From a virus (lineage: Duplodnaviria > Caudoviricetes): a DNA stretch of 64,000 bases. The stretch spans positions 19,516 to 83,515 of the IMG/VR virus record IMGVR_UViG_3300028139_000001; one strand, given 5' to 3'. The position numbers were made by a program, and so were the translations under genes. Every line of letters begins with the position of its first letter. The first letter of the stretch is position 1. Shown here piece after piece: positions 38,246-49,200 of the stretch. The notes beneath the pieces were generated by a model that was not told where the DNA came from, made no database searches, and saw nothing but the letters and a program-made list of their open reading frames with translations.

Positions 38246-38323
38246 ATCTTACACAGTTTTATGCCCATTATTGTAGAATCTGTATCTATCGAGAAATTCC
38301 TTTCTTGGTTACGAGAACAATAG
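38246..38323 (+). pseudogene. Second (displaced) copy of the cox2 3' end
   Basis: [25 protein letters not shown] versus used [25 protein letters not shown]. Confidence 0.92.
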
Positions 38324-38387
38324 TAAGATAAAACTTATCTAAGAACTCAACTCTGGATAAATTTTTATAAAACAATTATTATTTTAC

Positions 38388-38550
38388 AATTAACTTGTTA
38401 TGAAAGGTAATGCCATTACCAAATAGTATAGACAAATCCCAGTCTATAGATCTTTTAAGTTTAAGCTGGAAAATTGCAATTACTTTTTTTTTTGTAAAAA
38501 GCAATTATGGAGAAGAGTAAACGTAAGTTAACTAAAGCCATATAAAAACA
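38388..38550 (+). ncRNA. Candidate structured RNA motif, copy 1
   Basis: Colinear conserved blocks and compensatory stems shared with 63024-63187. Confidence 0.5.
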
Positions 38551-39790
38551 GAAAACAAAAAACAAAAAATATATTACCTTCATTGGGATAGCATCTGGTT
38601 TAGAGGCTATTGGTTAAGTGTTTGAATCATTTCTTTTTTTTACTACCTTTAACAAGTATAATTATTCTTATTTGTTTACATAGATTACTGAGGATCATCC
38701 CGGTAAACGGTTATATCTTTGTTGTTCCACCTAGTCCTTTGATGCATAGCTCCGCTATGTTTTGTTTTTTTTTCCTGTGAATTACATATGATTCCCCAGA
38801 CTACTCACACGGCTGCTTTTTCATTTCGAGAAGCATAACATCGAGACCCGAGACCCTTCGTCCGTCATGTAACAAACTGAATTGGTGGTTCTCAACAGCA
38901 GTTGACCAGAAATGTAGAAAGGAAGAACAAAACACTTTTAATTTATCCTCCTACTTTTTCTGGGAATAGATTATATGAGTCAATAAGATCCACCCGACGC
39001 AGGTTATGCCATACAAGTCCCACAGTATAGAACTCGGAAGACCAAAAGTGCATTATACAAAAAAAAAGACAGCAGCTACAATAAGAATAGTGCCTATATT
39101 ATAAAATAGTAAGGTATTTTCACCCTACTAATATAGCATAACTGCACTTTGCTAGTTGCTCCTTTTGATCTTATCTAATATTCTTAAATATACCCGGGTT
39201 CTTACCCGTGGTTACCTTAAGTCCTACGAAAACACCCTAGACTTAGAATTAAATGGGCTTTACTCAAAAACTACTCTTCGTAAATCTAATTGGATACTAC
39301 AATAGTAAAAAATGTAAGTCTAGTTCAGCCAGTTTAATATGAAATGCAACCGTACTGCGTATATTATACGGCATGTGTATTAATAAGTTAGCCGGAACGT
39401 GAAAGAAAGGTGATAAAGATAACATACCGTGGTAGTAACTAAGTTTCTAATTTGACAGAGCGAGTGGAAGTCTCAGAGCTAAGTAACCAAGCAGGTAATA
39501 TAGACCGGATTAAAAGCAGTCTATGTTAAAAAAAGTAAGCCGGCATTAAAAGGCATAGAAGATTACGTGGAGTAGATTAGCAGGGTACAGCTGCGATTTA
39601 TCCATATAGGTACTTTATAGCTAAACACTTATTTAGCACTAGAGTCTAGACCTTTGTAGGGACTATTATAAATGAATTATACCGAATTATATCATCAACT
39701 ATTGTGTTTTTGGAAATATCCAATGTTGGTAGAAGAAGAATCTTAATAGACTTCATATATCATTTGTATCACCTCTCGATCTTGGTGTGA

Positions 39791-39843
39791 TTAGAAAAAA
39801 AAAAAGTAAAAAAAAATTCTATTTTTTTATTTTTTTTTTCTTA
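39791..39843 (-). mobile_element. AT-rich hairpin element, family H
   Basis: Reverse complement of 55053-55102. Confidence 0.8.
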
Positions 39844-40226
39844 CTGCTATCTTTAAAGAGCTATCAGATGTGATAACCTAAGCATATTGAGACGGTAAGG
39901 AAGCCTACTAGAAAATAGTATTCGGATCTACCCAACATCCGATGGGGAAAGGGCCCCAATAAAAACCCCAGAGGAAGATTCTGAACCGCAGAGGCTGGAG
40001 GTGCGATCCGTGGTATAAGGGGGGTGAAGTTATATAAACCTCCAAATCTAAAGTGTGGGTACACGTGTATGTGGGCTTACACATTACATTCATTAAAATA
40101 AAAACAAGATATTTATAAAAAAATTTTTTACGCTTTACAATGGATAAGTAAAATCTTACTAAAAGTAGTTTTACTGTTAACATATTATATTAAATTAAAA
40201 AATAATTAAAACAACTATACAAATAA

Positions 40227-43200
40227 ATGAGATTTTTAAAAAGTCATCCGATTTTTAGATTAGGGAACGATTTCTTAGTGGATTCACCGCAACCTATTAA
40301 CTTAAGTTACATGTGAAATTTTGGTTCTTTGTTAGCTTTTTCTTTAATTATCCAGATACTGACTGGAGTAACCTTAGCGATTAATGGGTTGCTATAAAAT
40401 CTTACTGTATGCTGGAACACCCTGAATATTAAACTTAGGGCAATCAGCAGGAAACTTGTAGATCTTTTAACATTAACAAGATCCTCAGAGACTATGCGTA
40501 AGACAAATATTATATAAATAATATGTGAAGATATAGTCCGTCCTTTTTTATTGAAAAATAAAAGGTATGTTATTTATTTATTATTTTTATTGCTATGATG
40601 TTAACTTTTTTATTTATATCTGGTAATTATAACTCTAAGTTATCAAACTATCGTTCTAGAAACCGCTCGTTTATTAAAAAGGTAAATAGAGAAAAACAAA
40701 TTAGATTTTATAGTACTAAAAATAAAGATATGTGTAATTACTTAAATCCCTGATGAGTCACTGGTTTTGTATTATTTTTTTTTTCTTTTGCTTAAATTAA
40801 CCATTAAACACTGCAAAAGAAAAAAAAAATCAGCAGAAGGTTCATTTGCAATGTCTATATTTAAATCAAAAACTGCTGCTATAGGTTGGACTGTAGAACC
40901 TTGTTTTATTATTACTTTACACGTGAGAGATTTAGAATTATTAAACTCAATTAGAGGTTTTTTTTCTGTAGGTTCAGTTTTAATAGTGGGGAATGATGCA
41001 CGATTTAGAGTCAGATCTAGATCAGAGCTTAATGTTATTATTGCTCACTTTAATAATTACCCTTTACAGACAACTAAAGCCCTAAATTTTACATATTTCT
41101 GTGAAATACTTAATTTTATTAATAACAGAGTTCATACTAACATTCCTGGATTTTTAAAATTATGTTCTTTAATCAATAAATTGAACAAACCCCTGTCTCA
41201 ACCACTTTTAGATAAATTAGCAGAAATAGGTCCTTTACCTAGTGTAGAGTTTGAAACTTCTCTTAACTTAAGTGCCTCAAACATAGAACAAGTCTTAAAT
41301 CCTTACTGAATCTCTGGGTTTGCATTGTTTTTTTTGACGTTATTTCTTTCAGAAATTACTAAAAAAAAACTAGGTGAAGGTTGTTTTACATATTTTACAA
41401 AAACTCGTGTAAATTCTGCAGGTAAAACAGTTAAGGATTATTCTCTTGTGTTTGAAATAAGTCAGAGAACACAAGATTTACACATATTAAATTTAATAGC
41501 TTCTTATTTTAAAACAGGTAAGGTTTATACTGACACTAGTCGTATAAGCAGATACAGATTACGTACTAAAGATCCAATCAGTAATACATTAATTCCTCAC
41601 TTTAAGAATTATCCTTTAGCCGGTCATAAAGCTTTACAGTGTTCACTTTGATTTAAAATAGTTTGTCTTTTAAACGATCAGGTAAGAACAGAGCAAAGAG
41701 ACATAGAGTTAGAAAAATTAATAAAAGAGTTATCTGATTTAAAATAGAAACAATAGATAAATATACTTTATTATACTAGATAATGGCATTACAATCCTAG
41801 TGTATTAGAAGCATTTAACAGTGTAGAGCATAGCGTAATGTGCTCTTTAAATCAACCTATATGCTGGAAGTTCCTAAAGCTTAAAAGATTAAACTTCGCT
41901 TACGAAGTTAATTAAAATCTTTAAGATGTATATGGATAATCAGCAGGAAACCAAAGTAATTCAATTACGAGTAAAATCCTCAGAGGCTATACGGTTGACA
42001 TATTTATTATATGGTGATATAGCCCTATATTGGTTGAAAGATCAATAGTTAAAGATTAATCCATTATACATATTTAATGGTATAATATTATTGCCTAGTT
42101 ACGTATCGGGTCATAAAAATAAAATGGGATTTTGTCACTTATCTACTAACTGTAATAAAAATTCTAATGTACGTACTGAAGACAACTTTTTGAAAAATGT
42201 TTCCAGCGAGTTCTTATATTGATTTTCAGGATTCACGGATGCAACTAGCCGAAGAAGATATAGCACTAATATATCAAGTACTAACAACGAATTAAGTTTA
42301 GTAGTTTGAGGTACAAATTTAAGGTCTCAAGTAGGTACTGGTAAATATACAAAGTTAGTTAGTTCTATTATAAAATTACCGAATTATAATAAGAGTATTG
42401 TAATAGGATTATTATTATCAGATGGTTGGTTAACCTTTGCGAGTAAAACACATAAAAATGCACGATTAGGGTTTAAACAAACTATAAATAATGCATCTTA
42501 TGTATGATATGTTTTTAATGAATTATCTCATTATTGTAGTAGTTACCCTTATTACGCAGAAAGTAAAAGATCAGGAAAAGTATCTTATAATTTAGGATTT
42601 TTTACTCGAGGTTTGCCATGTTTCACTGAATTATACCCATTATTCTATATAAATAACATTAAAATAGTACCAGAAGATATCTATAATATTTTAACTCCAG
42701 TTGCTCTAGCTCATCTTATCATGGGAGATGGTGGATTTAAAAGTAAAGGTATTTATATTTGTACTGACTCTTATACTATTCAAGATACAGTACGATTAAT
42801 GAATGTATTAATCATACGTTATGATTTTAAATGTACTCTTCATAAAGCTAGTAATAAACATGGATATAGAATATATATATCTCGAAATTCATTATATAAA
42901 GTAGAAAAGTTAGTTAAACCCTATTTTATACCCAGCATGTATTACAAACTAGGAGGATAGTCCCATCTTAACTCCTTTGTTTCATTTAGTTATAAATAAT
43001 CCTACTTTTTAATATCGATAGATCGTCAGTATGTAAGATTTAGATTTAAAATATCTTTGCACATGGATGATGTAGAAGTTCTTAATACAATAAAATCTAA
43101 TTTAAATGTAGGTACTGTTACAGTAGAATGTAGTAGAAACAGTTGTTCTTATGTTATACAAAATAAGGAAGAAATTAAAAATGTCATATGCCCTATCTTT

Positions 43201-46200
43201 AATGCATTTCCTTTGCATACTAGTAAAAGATTAGACTTTGAAAATTTTTCTCAAGCGGTCTTTATTAAAGATAAAAAAAATTTATCTAATACTGATATGA
43301 GCAAAATAGTATCCCTTAAAAATACTATGAACACTAAAAGAGAAATATTTACATATAACACTACAAAATCTCAAATTATAATAAACCCTAATTGATTCAT
43401 AGGATTTATAGAAGGTGAAGGGACTTTTGGTATTAAGACAGGATCGGCTTTATATTTTCAAGTTTCTCCAAAAAAATACAAGTCAAGAAAGTTTAAATGC
43501 TATAACGACCTTTTTAACTGGACTATCTAATAATGTTTTACAAAACAGTAAAATATTACCTTTGAATGTAATAAGTACAACGAATGTTAGAACAGATGTA
43601 GTATCTTTAGTTGTAAATAGTGTAGATTCTCTTTATTATTACCTTTTACCTTTATTGGATACCTCTAAAATGTATTCACGAAAGGCTATAGATTTTAATT
43701 TATGAAGAGTTTGAAAATAAAAGGTTATTACTATTTACCTGAAGGTAAAACCCTGCCTGTTTTTAGATATATCTGACATTCTTAATAAAAGATACAGTAC
43801 AAATACTACTAAAAATATATCTGAAATTATTGATAACATTTTTAAAAGATCTCAAACCATTTTTGAAAAAGATCCACCCTTTGATGTTAAATCTAATATA
43901 CCCCACTCAGATAATGTTCGGAAATTTAGTATACAAAATAGATCTGATAACCCTAAAATTGTATATATATACACAAATAAGGGTATGGTTGAAGGTTCTC
44001 CTTTTGTTTCATACAGTTCTGCACAGTAGTACAATACGTAACTAGGTAATTATCTAATCTTACACTTCTATGGTTATGCAAAATAATATTTATATAAATC
44101 TTGCCATTACTCCTATAGTAAGCTATTCTAACGCAGACACATCTAAATTACAAATTATTAAAGAAATTAAAGGTAAATCAGGTATATATCTAATTTTTTT
44201 TTTTAGTTATTTATAAAATAAATAATAAAAAAAAATAAGAATAAACCATAAAAATGGTAAAAGCTACATAGGTAGTAGCGTCAATTTATCTGCACGTCTT
44301 TACAGATATTTTAGTTTAGCCCACATAACTGTTCAATCAAAACATAGCATAATATGTAAATCTTTGGTTAAATATGGATATGCTGGGTTTAGCTTTGAGA
44401 TATTGGAGTATTGTAATAAGGATGATGTGCTAGTTAGGGAACAATATTACTTAGATTTATTAAAACCAGAATACAACATTTTACGTATAGCCGGTTCTTC
44501 TTTAGGTTATTTACACACTGAGGAAGCTAAGTTAAAAATGAGAGGAACAAAAGATATGAGTCCAGAACACTTAGTAAAAATAAGAGAGCATATTTTTAAA
44601 ATAAATTCTAAACGTGCATTACATATTGAGGTTTTTGATATGGAAAATGGTAGTAAAGTTGAATATGCTTCTGCTCGTTCAGCAGCTAAAAATTTAAATT
44701 GTAATGAAAAAACGATAAGAACTTATCTAAAAAGCAATAAACCTTTTTTAGGACGTTATGTAATTACTAAAAAATTTGCTTAATTTTTAACTCTCTTTTA
44801 ACTTTTAGTGGTAAAAAGGTATTTTACCATTGAGGCGGCGTAAAATATGTGTTAGTATTAAATCCTAGTAGTAATACATGTAATCGTTATATAGATACAG
44901 GTAGGTTATATAAAAATAATATTATTTTTTCATCTAAGCCCATAGATAGAGCGTCTAGGGATTAGTTATTGATAAAGGATTCATCTTTAAAATTAGATTA
45001 TGCGTGATGTAAATAATGGATGATTAATCCGTTACTTACACAGTAATACAGCTTCAGCGTTTTTCTTCATAGTTTACTTGCACATAGGAAGAGGTATGTA
45101 TTATGGATCATATAGAGCTCCAAGAACTCTAGTATGAACTATTGGTACTGTTATCTTTATATTAATGATGGCTATTGCTTTCCTGGGTTACCAACATAGC
45201 CCAAAATGGTTTGATATAAGTAATAAAGAAAGTGTAAATTTTAATAAAAAGAATGTTATGAATTTTAAAGTAAATAGTAAAAGACAATTTTTTTTTCAAA
45301 AAAAAAATTGTACAGTAAAAAGAGGATATTCTACAAGTAGTTCTTCAAATAGTATTATAATGTCTGAAAGACTAAAAACAATTATTAATGAGTTAGGTTT
45401 AAACCTTGTGTATTGCTATGAAAATTTAAATTTAGAAGAAACTAGAAAACAAATATTAAATGATACAAGAGGTTTAAGTGGTGTATATATGATAATTAAT
45501 AAAACAACTAAAGATTATTATATAGGTTCTGCCTCAACTGGTAGATTTTATGCTAGATTCTGCAACCATGTTATTTATTTTAGGGGTAGCAAAATAGTTA
45601 AATTAGCCATTAAAAAGTATGATTTGAAAAATTTTGCTTTTGTTGTATTAGATTTATATCCTGATATGGTTACCAAAGAAAATAACCATGAATTGTTACA
45701 TTTAGAAGATAAATACTTAAAATTATTAGTGCCTAATTACAATATTTTAACAGAAGCAGGTTCTAGTTACGGATATAAACACACTGAAATTGATCGTCAA
45801 AAGATGAAAGATATTTATAGTGATGCGATTAATTTTTCTTTGAATAATGAATTATTCAAAGAAAAATTTAGGGAACAAATAGGTAAATTAAATAAAGGTA
45901 AAAATTTGTCTCATGAAACAATAGAAAGAATTAGAGAAAAAGCTTTACTTAGACCTCCTATGTTAGATGAAACTAAGAAAAAGTGTATAGTTAACACAAG
46001 ACCTGTTGTGTTGTACAACTTAGATAGAACTATTTACGGTCAATATTCTACTATTTTAGAGGCAGCTAAAGCTATTAACTGTAATGAAAAAACCATTAGG
46101 AGAGCATTACAGACAGAAAAGAAATTGGTAAAAAGACAATGAATAGTAGAAGATATGTCTCGTAATAAATAGGTATTTTTCGTTAAAAAATTTTTCTATA

Positions 46201-49200
46201 CTTTAAAAATTACATTTTAAATTTTATATTTATATTCTTATATAAATCATAGTCCCATGAGTAAAAATCTTTTTGCAATTTTTATAAAAAAAAAAAGATT
46301 AAAGTGGTATAGCCCGACGGGGTTATAGAATAATATTTAATATTATTTGGCGATATTAGTGAATACGGTTAAAAAAGATTAATAAACTTTAAGACCGTCG
46401 GCTATATAAATGGCCGCTACAGACTGGGTCACTGATGGGTGGCTGAAATGCTGCTTAATGTACAGGCGAAACTTTTAGTTAGATGTGTTTAACTAATAAA
46501 ATATACGAATTCAAAGTTATTTTAGCTTATTGTTAATATATTAATAATAAATAAGTTTGAATGTGTTACCTGAAGGTTATCATGAAAATATGCAACTTTA
46601 CCATCTATCTTCAACATTGGTGTTTAATTCGTTACCAGAAGAAGTATTAAAGAAAAAAGTAAAAGATTTAGAATGGTTATGTGGGTTTTCAGAAGCAGAG
46701 TCTATGTTTTTTATTTCTTCTACGGGGGCTTTATCCTTTAGAATAAAGTTACATTGAGATGATAAGGAAAGTTTAGTTTATATTAAAAATTTATTAGGTG
46801 AATTAGTTGGTCGGAATGTAGGAGTTATTGTAGATTCTAAAGATAAACATGAATCGTACTTTACGTTGGCTAATTTTAAAGATATTCAAGAGATCCTTAT
46901 TCCTATTTTTTCAAAATATTATTTTACTACTTCAAAATATTTAGATTTTCAAGATTTTAAATCTGCGGCTGAAATAAAAAAAGTCTCTTATTTAGAAAAA
47001 AGAAAATTAAATCAGGTAGAGTTAGAAAAAATCTTAGGTTTAAAATCAAGTATGAATTCTCTTAGAAAACATTTTAATAATAATAACCTACCTAAGCGTA
47101 GCTTAACTTCTGATAGACTTTTAGGTTTTGTAGAAGGAGATGGAACTTTCTGTTTACCAAATATGATTCCTTATTTTGGAATTAAACAACATTCTAAAAA
47201 TATACACTTTTTATATGAAATAGCGGAATTTTTGAATAGTTTACCATATAATCCTGAAATAGGGCCCCAAACGGACAAATTAAACACTAAACCTACGGCA
47301 GGTGTACACGAGCCCGATCTAGTTACAGGGATGGCCTCTTTAAGTGTTAGTAATATACTGCAACTCTATAATTATATATTACCTTTTTTTAAATCTTTGG
47401 AGTTCAAATCAAGAAAGGCTGTAGATTTTAAATATTGAGAGGTAGCAGTAAAACTTAAAGCTTTAGGTTATACTACTAAATCTGAAGGTAAGAAATGTTT
47501 AATAGAAATAAGCAAGTGTATGAATAATAAACGTTATTCTACTAATATTGAAGCAGGTAAAACCCTAAACTTAGATGTAATTTGTAAAATTTTTGACTCT
47601 CCACCTATATATGATTTAGCTTCAGGTTTATCTTATAAAGCTTACTCAGATATAGCTAAAGTTTCAAAAAAAGGTAATATAGGGTTTGGTGTAAACGTAT
47701 ACGATATGGATAAATTAGTAAAAGGTTCTCCTTTTTCTTCTTATACTCAGGCAGCATTAGCTATGGGTAATATAAATATTTCTTCGGTAATATCTAAAAA
47801 AATAGATACAGGAAAGTTGTACAAACAAAGATTTACATTTGAATCTTCTGTTTAATTTGACACTTGATAACAAGATTTACACATCCTTACTTACAATAAG
47901 TAAGTATGTATGTTTTACCCTGTTAGCCCCCTTTAGCAAGGGGATTTGAGGGGGATAGAAGCCAAATTCATCGGGGAAACCCTAAAGACTTCAAAACCAA
48001 GCCAAAATGGAAGCAATAGACAGCTGGTGGCCCTATTAATGACTAGGGGTACGGTAATATCTTGAAGTATTGTTTAATAGACGAATGGGCAATCCGGAGC
48101 TAAATTCTGTATAAACAGATAAAAGTGCAACGAGTAGATGGTTTCTTGCCTAATCACCGTATCAATAAATACTGATGAAATACGAGGAATAACTATACAT
48201 AGTGGTTAGGTATAAGGTGTACTCTAATAGCCCCCCAGGGACGCTGGGATATGTAATAAACTGAAAAGGGGCGTTATACTACTAGCTATTTGCGTACTTT
48301 GAGGCATAATATGAGAATGATATAGTAGGTAATTAGCTGGATATCACTAGAATCGGAGAAAATACTTGAACTGGGTGATAGTAAACGGATATGAATTACA
48401 CGAACTCGTGTAGTGAGAGAGATCCTTAGTACCCTGATATATGTATTATATTGATTATGGTTTTGCGGATTAGACTATACTCATACCTCTTAAGCAAGAA
48501 AGTAGTCAAACCGTGATGGGCAGATGTCCTTATGAGGTGCAACAGTTAAACAGGCGAAGTAATAGCTGTTGTAAAATACCACTAATTGCTGGAAACTCTT
48601 AAAAGACAATCAGCAGGAACCTATGTTAAATATAGCGCAGCTGTATATAACGAATTCAACTTTTGGTTCTTCAGAGACTACACGTGGTACATTTTTTTAA
48701 TAAAAGTAAAAGCATTTAAATACGTTTTATAAAAGTAATTATATAGTTAAAAAGATGAAGATATAGTCCGATCCGCTAACGAGAGTTAGCGATAGGAGAG
48801 TCGCGCCTCCACCTTTAGATAAATTTATCAGTATCTTCCCATTTTTTAATAGATACTGGGTTGCAAATTACAAAGGTTTATGTATTACTTTTTTAATCGC
48901 ATCTTTTTTATTAGATTGTTATCAAATATGTTTTTATACTCATCTTCCCTATAAAGGGGAAAAGGGTGAGAATAAAAACGATAAGGTTAGTGATTTATCA
49001 ACAGATGTCCATAAAGTATTACCTAAATTACCTATAGATAGTAATTTTATAGAATGATTTATAGGCCTTTGTGAAGCGGAATCTAATTTTTTAATAAGGA
49101 CAAGAAAAAATGAAAAAGGAGAAGTAGGAGGTTTTGAATTTGTATTTAGAATAGCTTTACACCTAGACGATAGAAAAATATTAGAAGACATAAAAGATGT

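Larger units (their letters stand above)
40600..41747 (+). pseudogene. LAGLIDADG endonuclease with a hairpin insert in each catalytic motif
   Basis: WVTGFV[A]AEGSF and WISGFA[B]GEGCF. Confidence 0.85.
40382..41785 (+). mobile_element. Group I intron cob-155
   Basis: Splits AT|G; IB core at 40405-40542. Confidence 0.9.
41832..44996 (+). mobile_element. Group I intron cob-201, composite
   Basis: Splits CAT|ATT; IB core at 41855-42030. Confidence 0.9.
45189..47908 (+). mobile_element. Group I intron cob-393 (ID-type core at 46350-46470)
   Basis: Splits GGT|TAT; GACCGTCGG...CCGCTACAGACTGGGTCAC. Confidence 0.92.

Noticed and set aside
38388-38550. Structured motif as RNase P RNA (rnpB)
   Set aside because: The ACAAAT.. 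and GGAAAA blocks are in the reverse order to CR-I/CR-V, and there are two copies.
38585-38640. tRNA-like T arm (AAGTG-TTTGAAT-CATTT)
   Set aside because: No D arm, anticodon arm or acceptor stem could be built.
39385-39420. CGTGAAAGAAAGGTGATAAAGA as an LSU rRNA fragment
   Set aside because: Short resemblance only; flanks do not extend rRNA homology.
39985-40010. GTGCG as a group II intron 5' end
   Set aside because: No domain V or AY end downstream before cob.
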